Below, piece after piece: positions 10,996-21,016 of a DNA stretch of 32,386 bases (positions within the stretch are counted from its first letter, which is position 1; the number at the start of each line of letters is the position of its first letter). The stretch is from Octopus bimaculoides. Taxonomy: Eukaryota. Under the pieces are notes generated by a model that had not been told where the DNA came from, did not search any database, and was given only the letters and a program-made list of their open reading frames with translations. Both the position numbers and the translations under genes were made by a program. The stretch lies in assembly GCF_001194135.2 (NCBI RefSeq), contig NC_069001.1:17502310-17534695 (forward strand). The letters are read 5' to 3'.

Positions 10996-11163
10996 CCACT
11001 TGGAGTTAATATACGTTTGTTTATAATTTTAATGATTAGATTCTATTAGGATTTCAGTCTTAGAGTATTTGAACATGTGATTTGGCCTTAAATATTAACC
11101 GCCTAATTGTAAGTGCCTTTTTATTTGTGCATTGTAGTGTACCTATAAAATGGATTTTTCTCG

Positions 11164-11213
11164 CGTACCTGTATATATTCAATTATTACGTACCTGTATA
11201 TATTTAATTATTA
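11164..11213. repeat. 25-bp tandem duplication (2 copies, 1 mismatch)
   Basis: CGTACCTGTATATATT(C/T)AATTATTA x2. Confidence 0.95.
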
Positions 11214-11902
11214 CCACAATCGAGCCTAATTTCATTTCCTAGTAGCTTTAATTGAATCGCTGAGTTACCAGTACTAGTTGCCTCCCCTTAACCACAATCC
11301 CGTGGATTCCTTCACTCTTCCCTCATGCATGTCGTAATGTTAAGATGGTGAAGGACATAAATGGCCCCACAACATCAATATCAATGACTTCTCTCCCGGA
11401 ACTTTTTTCTTTTCTTGTTTATTTTATAAACAAATCCTTTGTAACGGTTTTAACTTGTGGCCTCGGTTCAATTTGTAACTGACCAATTGAACTTAGACTT
11501 GACCTATTGTGGACCGTGGGTGGGATTCTTGGTATTAATTCCTGTGAGTAAATGTTTCTTAAGCACCCTACGGTAATTGCTTACTTTTGCTCGAGTTTAC
11601 TCCGTTAGCATAGGTTCCACCCTTTGATAGTCATGTTAGTATTTTTCTTATATACATTTTCATGATAACATCATTTTTTTAAAACATACTGTCCCACCCC
11701 CACTTCAAATTGCATCTATCCGTTAATAAATTGTAGTATTCCCTAGACCATTACTAGCTCATTCTTTTACCTATGGATCTCGTAGCCCCTAGATGGTAAG
11801 TTATATGCTTTTAACATATTGGGCTTCTAGACTTTTTGTCTAGGCCATGTTTTCTTTCCTTTCCCTTCTTCCCTTTATTTATATTGTATGATCTTTTGTT
11901 TT

Positions 11903-12014
11903 TACTTTGATGAAGCTCCGTTGCCTTAATTCGAATGCCCTATGAAGATGAAGTTTATTCTCGCATTTATTTATAGACAGCATTTTGGTAACCGATCGGA
12001 AACGGCCGTAGATA
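11903..12014 (+). ncRNA. Degenerate hammerhead-like relic
   Basis: TTGATGA-A-GCTCC-GTTGCC ... GGTAAC-CGATC-G-GAAAC-GGCC-GTA-GATA; palindromic stem III ACGGCCGT; several core and stem mismatches. Confidence 0.35.
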
Positions 12015-13619
12015 TGTTGCGTCACCTATTTCTTATGTCATGCTTTGTAATAAAAAATAAGCTATAATAATCCGAGGTTTTCTCCATTTTCTGATTATTT
12101 GCATTGGTTCCTGATAAACTCTTGTTTATCTTGTTGTTACCTGCACTTTACGTGTATGGTGTGCCTGCACACCAATGCACGGGGATAATACGGGTAACGG
12201 ATACCGATAGTATATACAGATATTTTATCCCTTAGTCGATTATTATAACAGCTAACTCTGTTTACACTATATATATGTGTGTGTGTGTGTGTGTGTTTAA
12301 TATATATCGTTGCTATTTTGTTAAACTGTTGTATGTCCAAATTTGGCCGAATGCGCTTTTTCTTTTTTTTTTTCAGTATTTAATTTTGCTTGCAATAGCC
12401 GGTTCTTTTGGTCAAACTATCGTATCTCCAGCTGCTTCAGACGCTAAGATATGAAAATTGTCAAAATGTAGTACAACGGTTTAACACTTTTCAAAAATGT
12501 AATAAGTCGCACATACGACAGTTTTGCAAAACATTTCTGACTGAAAATATCATACATGCTTGGAGTTACGATTTTATGCAACCAGCAAAATATTATTCTT
12601 AAGCTGAAACTGTTGCTAATGTAATGGTGAATATATTTGTTCGTTTCCTGAAAAAGCAACATTTTGGACTTGCGACACTTTGCATATGCATATATATANN
12701 NNNNNNNNNNNNNNNNNNNNNNNNNNNNNNNNNNNNNNNNNNNNNNNNNNNNNNNNNNNNNNNNNNNNNNNNNNNNNNNNNNNNNNNNNNNNNNNNNNNN
12801 NNNNNNNNNNNNNNNNNNNNNNNNNNNNNNNNNNNNNNNNNNNNNNNNNNNNNNNNNNNNNNNNNNNNNNNNNNNNNNNNNNNNNNNNNNNNNNNNNNNN
12901 NNNNNNNNNNNNNNNNNNNNNNNNNNNNNNNNNNNNNNNNNNNNNNNNNNNNNNNNNNNNNNNNNNNNNNNNNNNNNNNNNNNNNNNNNNNNNNNNNNNN
13001 NNNNNNNNNNNNNNNNNNNNNNNNNNNNNNNNNNNNNNNNNNNNNNNNNNNNNNNNNNNNNNNNNNNNNNNNNNNNNNNNNNNNNNNNNNNNNNNNNNNN
13101 NNNNNNNNNNNNNNNNNNNNNNNNNNNNNNNNNNNNNNNNNNNNNNNNNNNNNNNNNNNNNNNNNNNNNNNNNNNNNNNNNNNNNNNNNNNNNNNNNNNN
13201 NNNNNNNNNNNNNNNNNNNNNNNNNNNNNNNNNNNNNNNNNNNNNNNNNNNNNNNNNNNNNNNNNNNNNNNNNNNNNNNNNNNNNNNNNNNNNNNNNNNN
13301 NNNNNNNNNNNNNNNNNNNNNNNNNNNNNNNNNNNNNNNNNNNNNNNNNNNNNNNNNNNNNNNNNNNNNNNNNNNNNNNNNNNNNNNNNNNNNNNNNNNN
13401 NNNNNNNNNNNNNNNNNNNNNNNNNNNNNNNNNNNNNNNNNNNNNTATATATGCAGAGAGAGAGAGAAAGAGAGGAGTATTTATATTTGACTAGCTATTT
13501 ATTAACCTGCGTATATTATTATTGTCTGTCGGTATACTGGGTGCCCACCACCATCACAACCACGCCCATTCAAATCGGTACCTTTTTCAATGGAGAAACA
13601 TAGTATATACAATAAGAAT

Positions 13620-13800
13620 GAAGACAGTGCAACACTGCTCTAGTAGTAGTAGTAAACATTGTGTGAATTGAGTATTCACGCAATATTTACTACTACTACC
13701 ACTTCTACTATTAGTACTACTACCACCGCCACCAATACTAATATTACTATCACTACCAACACCACAACTACGTTTATCACCGCCACTGTGGCCACCAGAT
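13620..13800. repeat. (TAG)/(TAC)/(CAC) low-complexity tract
   Basis: Read directly. Confidence 0.85.
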
Positions 13801-14149
13801 CTATCTAATTAGATAATGAATGTATGAAATCAGGGCAGATTGTTAATTCAATGGGTTTAATCAGGGGGATATGGATATATATGTAGATTAGATAGAGAGA
13901 GAGAGAGAGAGAGAATGTGAAGAATGAGCAAACCGACACATATAAGTAGATAGACAGACAGACAGACATTCATACAGGTAGAGATAGCAAAATACGTACA
14001 TGAAGTATTGATAGAGACAAAAAGATACACACACACATACACACGCGCACGCACGGACACATTGACTAACTAACAGAAGTTCATTCATAAGCTGTGGTGA
14101 AGGGGGGGGGGGCAAAATGGTGGCGTGTATCGAATGTTAATGTCAATGT

Positions 14150-14300
14150 TGGGGGAAGGAGGCGAGATTCACAACAGCGCTGCAGACGTACATAGACTGA
14201 AAAACAAGGTCATGTTTTGCATGAAAGCTTACCAAAACACACACATTATTTACATATATACACTCACATTGTATACACATACACGCACACTCCCTCGAAT
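14150..14300 (+). repeat. Direct repeat, copy A (~150 bp)
   Basis: GAGATTCACAACAG.GCTGCAGAC.TACATAGACTGAAAA...CATGTTTTGCA...AAGCTTACCAAAACACACACATTATTTACATATATACAC shared with 15110-15275. Confidence 0.95.
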
Positions 14301-14489
14301 NNNNNNNNNNNNNNNNNNNNNNNNNNNNNNNNNNNNNNNNNNNNNNNNNNNNNNNNNNNNNNNNNNNNNNNNNNNNNNNNNNNNNNNNNNNNNNNNNNNN
14401 NNNNNNNNNNNATATATATGTATTCGTGTTCTGAGTAGTCTTTTAAAGCCATCATGCTAAACGACACCAGTCGGTCTCCAACAGGTTCA

Positions 14490-14717
14490 ATGGTGGAGTC
14501 TGTGGCAGTGGAGTCTGTGACAGTGGAGACCTCCGGGTTGTAGGGCCCCCTGACCATATCTCTGCTCACCGTTAGCGAGGCGAAGATGGCTGTTCGCAAG
14601 GGTGACCCCAGTGGGACCGAGTGGCTGTTTCAGTGCCTCTCCATCGCCTTCCTCAGGGGCAACAACGACTTTCTCATTTCGTCTTCTGGAGCCACGAGAA
14701 ATGTTTCTACAGTTTGA
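14490..14717 (+). pseudogene. C-terminal restriction-like endonuclease (RLE) region of a CRE-clade non-LTR retrotransposon, with an in-frame stop
   Basis: Frame from 14490: MVESVAVESVTVETSGL*GPLTISLLTVSEAKMAVRKGDPSGTEWLFQCLSIAFLRGNNDFLISSSG. This matches the CRE-type RLE C-terminal pattern (PVAVETxGxxGP...TGDxRETxxLFQRLSxAxxRGN); not in the ORF track because of the stop at 14541. Confidence 0.75.
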
Positions 14718-15109
14718 GAGGCAAGATTCTTCAAAATTAATTCAAAGAATGGCAGTATATGTTTGTCAAAAGAAAAAAAAATATTCACGAGTTCACTGCA
14801 CATAAGAAAAGCCGTGTTCATCATGGTCTTTCATCCCATGTATACTCCACCATGTTCCACCTAGGGTTTTCATCCTACTAAAGACCTATCTCCTTCATAT
14901 AAATTAGCTTCATTTTGCCCCTTATTTTAACACCACTTGATTGTGCCTTTTATCTTAATAACACTACCTTCGTCTTTTTAAGTCATGTATTTTGGACATC
15001 ATGGTTCATTGAAATATAAAGGCATTATTTACCAAAATGTATCCAGGCGCTGATTGTTTTGTATGGTGGAATTTCTCTCTCAATATTATGACGTCTTTTT
15101 CTCTTCAGT

Positions 15110-15275
15110 TGTGGGAAAGAAGGAGAGATTCACAACAGTGCTGCAGACATACATAGACTGAAAACAAGATCATGTTTTGCACGTAAGCTTACCAAAACAC
15201 ACACATTATTTACATATATACACGTACAGTATGTACACTCACATTGTATACATATGCACGCACACATACACGAAT
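15110..15275 (+). repeat. Direct repeat, copy B (with ~15-bp insertion relative to copy A)
   Basis: Alignment by eye to 14150-14300; offset about 960 bp. Confidence 0.95.
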
Positions 15276-15309
15276 ATATTATATATGTATGTGCATATAT
15301 ATCTATACT

Positions 15310-15534
15310 CTGGACACCTTTGATAGCTATTTTTCTCGGGTTGACCCTCAAAGCCATTCGATGTTGAAAAACCTATTATAATTTTATAATTAAATATTAT
15401 TAGGAATTGTATTAAAAAAATTGTTAAAATATTTTGTGTATTGTAGAAGTATAAACAATTTATTGCCGATAAATTCTAACAAAATTTTGTATGGAAACCC
15501 TTAAGGCCATATGGACCCCGACTGAGAACTACTG
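15310..15534 (-). mobile_element. Probable hAT-type non-autonomous DNA transposon remnant (one recognisable end)
   Basis: Minus strand begins CAGTAGTTCTCAGTCGGGGTCCATATGG, like hAT/Charlie CAGTGGTTCTCAACC ends; AT-rich interior; other end decayed. Confidence 0.45.
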
Positions 15535-15599
15535 GTGTAATGCATTCACTTTAAAGACATAACACCATAACATATACACAATCACAACATAACGAAGTC

Positions 15600-15745
15600 T
15601 TGTGACCTGGTTAGGATGGTGCACTGGGGATCGTTAGATTATGGTTTCGATTTCCAGACCGAGTGTTGCGATGTATTCTGGAACTTCATTTCTCGTTTCT
15701 CTAGTACACAAAATGAGTAGCCCTGCGATGGACGGATGTTGTGAT
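15600..15745 (+). mobile_element. Degraded tRNA-derived SINE, possibly CORE-type
   Basis: A-box-like TGGTTAGGATG, B-box-like GGTTTCGATTTCC, then ...AAAATGAGTA.CCCTGCGATGGAC. Confidence 0.5.
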
Positions 15746-15798
15746 CTCGGTCACAGATATACATGATTGCCAGTTGACTAAGATAATCTAGTTTCAAT

Positions 15799-15865
15799 TT
15801 AAGCTGGTCTGGTTATTGTGAACAGATTCAACCAGACTCGAAACAGAATTAACTCTGTACGTTAA
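15799..15865 (+). ncRNA. Hammerhead ribozyme relic with core deletion
   Basis: TTAAG-CTG-[GTCTGGTT loop AACCAGAC]-TC-GAAAC-AGAATTAACTCT-GTA-CGTTAA: 8-bp stem II, near-perfect 16-nt palindromic stem III, GUA triplet; only CTG remains of CUGANGA. Confidence 0.55.
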
Positions 15866-15949
15866 TCACAATGTAGAACAACATAACACTACATATTGAA
15901 GTACTACCCGCTTTGTTTTCCATTTGTAAATCCTATTTTTACGGACAAG

Positions 15950-15998
<49 letters not shown>

Positions 15999-16744
15999 TT
16001 GTGTGAATATGCGGAAATGACCTCGACTAAACTAGGAGAGTTCTAGTAATCATTCACGGTGTCAATTTCAGCATACTACTAAAAACAACTTCATCGTCCC
16101 ATGGCCCCAAAGTCACCATTGAACTTGAGGTGGTCCCNNNNNNNNNNNNNNNNNNNNNNNNNNNNNNNNNNNNNNNNNNNNNNNNNNNNNNNNNNNNNNN
16201 NNNNNNNNNNNNNNNNNNNNNNNNNNNNNNNNNNNNNNNNNNNNNNNNNNNNNNNNNNNNNNNNNNNNNNNNNNNNNNNNNNNNNNNNNNNNNNNNNNNN
16301 NNNNNNNNNNNNNNNNNNNNNNNNNNNNNNNNNNNNNNNNNNNNNNNNNNNNNNNNNNNNNNNNNNNNNNNNNNNNNNNNNNNNNNNNNNNNNNNNNNNN
16401 NNNNNNNNNNNNNNNNNNNNNNNNNNNNNNNNNNNNNNNNNNNNNNNNNNNNNNNNNNNNNNNNNNNNNNNNNNNNNNNNNNNNNNNNNNNNNNNNNNNN
16501 NNNNNNNNNNNNNNNNNNNNNNNNNNNNNNNNNNNNNNNNNNNNNNNNNNNNNNNNNNNNNNNNNNNNNNNNNNNNNNNNNNNNNNNNNNNNNNNNNNNN
16601 NNNNNNNNNNNNNNNNNNNNNNNNNNNNNNNNNNNNNNNNNNNNNNNNNNNNNNNNNNNNNNNNNNNNNNNNNNNNNNNNNNNNNNNNNNNNNNNNNNNN
16701 NNNNNNNNNNNNNNNNNNNNNNNNNNNNNNNNNNNNNNNNNNNN

Positions 16745-16803
<59 letters not shown>

Positions 16804-17309
16804 TGAGGTAGGAATGTATGACGAGTTGATAAAAGAGGGTAAGGGAAGTGTATGGAGGACAGAAGTTTAGATCGTGGAAATCAGATGTAGGGGATTTATA
16901 GGGCTGTGATTTAGGAGTGGTGTATCAGGAATTGAATATGGTTGGACGTGAGGTACAAGGGTTGGTGAGGTGGATTTATGAGGCAGCAGATTTTGGTTCA
17001 AGTTGAATAACAGAGAAGTTGGTGAGCAACAACGAAGGAGGTACCGTGTTCGGTATCTCAATATAATAGTGGCACAGGAATAATCAGCCAGTTGTGGATT
17101 TACAATACATAAAAATTAAAACACATCGATGGAGTTTGGGGTAGTGCTGATGAGCTTTCGGTGGTGGCATCGAGGGGTTCGCTGGGTGTAGATGTATACA
17201 CACACACACACACACACACACGTATATATGTATGTGCGTAGAAGACGGTAGAAAAATACCTAATTGTACTAAGTCTTCTAACGGCATTACAGATTCCCCA
17301 GAGTGGTGG

Positions 17310-17971
17310 GGTCAAATCATGTTGGGTGTCAGTCAGCAAGTCATTTTCCTTAAGGAAGGTGATTAGTTTTCTTCTGACTATTCATTCCATGACCTTGCTG
17401 ATGTGCGAGGTCAAAGAGATAGGGCTGTAGTTCTTGGCCTCCGCTTTGCTACCTCCTTTATGAATAGGGCATATTTTTACCCTCCTTCAGCTTTCTTGGA
17501 AGTTTGCCAGTTGCAAGGAAGCTTTGAAAGAGGGATTGCAGTGGTTTTGCTAGGACTCGCTTATGCATGTGCTTTTAGAAGGATTGCTGGGAATCCATCA
17601 GGGCCAGTAGCTGAGTTTGGGTTCTCTTCATCTATAGCCCTTATTACATCGTCTTCTTTTATATCGATGTAATCAATCATCACTGCCTGTTTTTATATCT
17701 GCAGCAGTAACAAAAATGTCAGCTGGATTGCTGACTTGAAAGTGCCCTAGGGGTAGAGAGAAAACACTTTTGAATTGCTCATTTAGTATTTCACTTATCC
17801 TCATTGGGTTTCCTGTGAGTGAACCATCTTTTTCGAGGAGTGGCCCTATCCTGCAGGGCATTGAAGCTGTTTCTTTGGAAAACTTGTGGAAGCTCTAGGG
17901 TTACATTTTATATTGTCTATAGCCCATGCTTCTTTTTCGTGGGAGAGTTGCAGATTAGTTTTCTTCTGACT
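17310..17971 (-). pseudogene. CR1/L2-type LINE ORF2 remnant (linker plus start of reverse transcriptase), frameshifted
   Basis: Across frames: EKEAWAIDNIKCNPRA / CRIGPLLEKDGSLTGNPMRISEILNEQFKSVFS / DIKEDDVIRAIDEENPNSATGPDGFPAILLK / KPLQSLFQSFLATGKLP / CPIHKGGSKAEAKNYSPISLTSHISKVME*IVRRKLITFLKENDLLTDTQH. These are the GPDG, YRPISLTS and QHGF motif equivalents. Confidence 0.9.
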
Positions 17972-18331
17972 TAGTATATATATATATATATNNNNNNNNN
18001 NNNNNNNNNNNNNNNNNNNNNNNNNNNNNNNNNNNNNNNNNNNNNNNNNNNNNNNNNNNNNNNNNNNNNNNNNNNNNNNNNNNNNNNNNNNNNNNNNNNN
18101 NNNNNNNNNNNNNNNNNNNNNNNNNNNNNNNNNNNNNNNNNNNNNNNNNNNNNNNNNNNNNNNNNNNNNNNNNNNNNNNNNNNNNNNNNNNNNNNNNNNN
18201 NNNNNNNNNNNNNNNNNNNNNNNNNNNNNNNNNNNNNNNNNNNNNNNNNNNNNNNNNNNNNNNNNNNNNNNNNNNNNNNNNNNNNNNNNNNNNNNNNNNN
18301 NNNNNNNNNNNNNNNNNNNNNNNNNNNNNNN

Positions 18332-18498
<167 letters not shown>

Positions 18499-18657
18499 AT
18501 AGGAGAAATCCAAGGGAAGAATTACAATGTAGCTAAAAGTTGCTTAAGCGTCCCAGGGAATAATCCAGGGGTTGTAAGACTTATTTAGTAGAAAATATCA
18601 AAATATAAAAAGGAGACGAACGTTTGGGACGTTGTTAATCCATTTATATCTTGAAGC

Positions 18658-18741
18658 CCTCTACATATGTTTCGACTGGTCCACTCTAATATGTCCGGCA
18701 GGATAAATAATTGGCAGTGGTGCACCAATCTCTTCAGGAGG
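18658..18741 (-). ncRNA. Minimal type-I hammerhead ribozyme with complete catalytic core
   Basis: Minus: CCUC-CUGAAGA-GAUUGGU(gca)CCACU-[30-nt loop]-AGUGG-ACCAGUC-GAAAC-AUAU-GUA^GAGG. Stem I 4 bp, stem II 12 bp with one G-U and a 3-nt bulge, palindromic stem III ACAUAUGU. Predicted cleavage between 18662 and 18661. Confidence 0.8.
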
Positions 18742-19090
18742 TTTATGATAACAAGCTCATGAAATAAGTATGCTGACCGAAAAAGAAAGTCATATAAAAT
18801 GTAACGTATTTATATTTATACGGATACAGGCGTTCGTACATACAAAAAAAAAAGAGACAAAGAAATGTAAAAGTAAGTAGATAAAAACAAATGAATAAAA
18901 TAAAAGTAAATGAAACGAAAGTGAATAAGCAGGAGATACTGATAATGTTGATACCATACACAGCCCCACACACACTCTTACTAAATGTAGACACACACAG
19001 GGATGTGCGCTAATAAAGATACATACAACAGGAATACAAAACGACAGATCGTTAGGAAGGAGAGATACACAAAAAAAGAAGAAAGCAAAG

Positions 19091-19234
19091 GACCACTGAT
19101 GAGGTCACAGAAGTGTGACGAAAGAACTCTAACCAAAATACGATTTATATAAAATAAAGCTGAAGCAAGTGAACACCAAATATACAGTGCGTGTGATTTC
19201 ATTGGCTAAACTGGCAACATGACCATCCCCAAAT

Positions 19235-19243
<9 letters not shown>
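19091..19243 (+). mobile_element. Dispersed repeat with a hammerhead-like head (copy 2)
   Basis: CTGATGA-G-GTCACA-GAAG-TGTGAC-GAAA-GAACTCT-A at 19096-19131; homologous to 4125-4266; stem I pairing not found. Confidence 0.7.
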
Positions 19244-19278
<35 letters not shown>

Positions 19279-19894
19279 ACAAAAACGCAATAGAGGACAA
19301 TAAAACATTCGGACAGATAAACAATACAAAGGCGGACAGGAGAAACAACAATTAGAAGGACAGGGGAAAAAAAGACGGATCGTTGGTGGCCTTCTTTCAT
19401 CAGTCAAGTTTATCGGAAGTCCTTACTGTTTCGGGCAGGTACACTTCAGACNNNNNNNNNNNNNNNNNNNNNNNNNNNNNNNNNNNNNNNNNNNNNNNNN
19501 NNNNNNNNNNNNNNNNNNNNNNNNNNNNNNNNNNNNNNNNNNNNNNNNNNNNNNNNNNNNNNNNNNNNNNNNNNNNNNNNNNNNNNNNNNNNNNNNNNNN
19601 NNNNNNNNNNNNNNNNNNNNNNNNNNNNNNNNNNNNNNNNNNNNNNNNNNNNNNNNNNNNNNNNNNNNNNNNNNNNNNNNNNNNNNNNNNNNNNNNNNNN
19701 NNNNNNNNNNNNNNNNNNNNNNNNNNNNNNNNNNNNNNNNNNNNNNNNNNNNNNNNNNNNNNNNNNNNNNNNNNNNNNNNNNNNAGAAATGAGGGAAGAG
19801 GAAAAGTATCGACTTGAAACGAAAAGTTAATTCTCAGGTTACAATGTGAAGAGATAATAATATGTATTGATATTGTAGACTGGCTTTGAATTAT

Positions 19895-19942
<48 letters not shown>

Positions 19943-19944
19943 CT

Positions 19945-20040
19945 TATTTTTTCATTCGTTTCAGTTTTAAGACTGCGGCCATGCTGGAGTACTGCCTTGA
20001 AGAATTTTTAGTCGAATGGATCAACACCAGTACGGTTTTT
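19945..20040 (-). mobile_element. SINE 3' end fragment
   Basis: GTTTCAGT...GACTGCGGCCATGCTGGAGTACTGCCTTGAAG...AGTCGAA...ATCAACACCAGTAC. Confidence 0.8.
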
Positions 20041-20129
20041 TTTTAGGCGTTCCACAAGTATTTTGTGTATATGCTAGTTACATGTGTGTTTGTGTGTCTG
20101 ACGCGTGTGTGTGTGCTTGTGTGTGTGTG

Positions 20130-20335
20130 TGTATGTATCTCCCACACCACTTTACAACCGGTGTTGCTGTGTTTACGTCCCAGTAACTTTGCTGTTCGGC
20201 AAAACATCGATAGATTAAGTATTAGGCTTTAAAAAGAAACGGACACTCGGGTTGATTAGTTCGACTAACATTTCTCAAGGTAGTGCTCCAGCATAGCTGC
20301 AGTCTAAAAACTGAAATATACAAAAGATAAAAAGA
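20130..20335 (+). mobile_element. SINE 3' body following a (TG)n tract
   Basis: ACAACCGGTGTTG.TGTGTTTACGTCCC.GTAACTT.GC.GTTCGGCAAAA...GTGCTCCAGCAT.GC.GCAGTC...ACTGAAA...AAAAGATAAAA. Confidence 0.85.
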
Positions 20336-20634
20336 TGGGTTTTGCAAATGGAGCGTATTTTCAAAATAAAAACCTCCTCTACTTTACATGGTCGCCGCTG
20401 TGGCGCTTTTGAAAATAGGAAAGTAAAAAAGGTGTCTTTGTATCCTTAATGTTGTACTATTTATTTCTTCATTTTGTATTATGGTTCCAACCGTTGCAAC
20501 CTGCATTTTCTGTTGAAACATTTGCTCAAGAATGATGAAACTTTGGAATATTTTTGCTACATACTGTACAAAGGAGAGAAATATAACTCAATGTATAGAA
20601 AATGCACACGCACACACACACATGTATATGCGCA

Positions 20635-20785
20635 GGCGTGATTGTGTAGTAACACGCTTGCTTCCTGAACACAGTTCCGTGTTCAGTTCCACTGCGTGGC
20701 ACTTGCGCAAGTGTCTTCTACTACAGGCTCAGGCCGACCAAAGCCTTGTGACTAGATTTGGTAGATGATAACTGAAAAATGTCCG

Positions 20786-20824
<39 letters not shown>

Positions 20825-21016
20825 CGCGCGTGCGCGTGCGTGCGTTGGTTTGTTTACGAATCGGCAGCCTAGCGGTTTGACAAAAGAAACTGACAGAATA
20901 AGCACCAGGTTTAAAAATAAAAATACTGGGGTCGATTCGTTCGACTGAAATCTCTTCAAGACGGCGCTTGCAGCATGGCTGCAGTCTAATAACTGAAACA
21001 ATTAAAAGATAAAAGA
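20635..21016 (+). mobile_element. Full-length bipartite SINE with internal (TG)/(CG) microsatellite
   Basis: Head GCTTGCTTCC..AACAC.GTTCCG.GTTCAGT.CCACTGCGTGGCAC...AAGTGTCTTCTACTA...GGCCGACCAAAGCCTTGTGA; (TG)n at 20787-20820; tail CAGCATGGCTGCAGTC...ACTGAAACAA.TAAAAGATAAAAGAT. Confidence 0.9.

Noticed and set aside
16800-17190. G-rich block next to the LINE remnant as a possible Penelope coding fragment
   Set aside because: No frame gave an RT or GIY-YIG motif I could recognise.
20355-20420. Inverted TATTTTCAAAA/TTTTGAAAATA with an inner CGCC/GGCG hairpin as a Helitron 3' end
   Set aside because: No CTRR terminus, the hairpin is only 4 bp, and the outer repeat is AT-rich.
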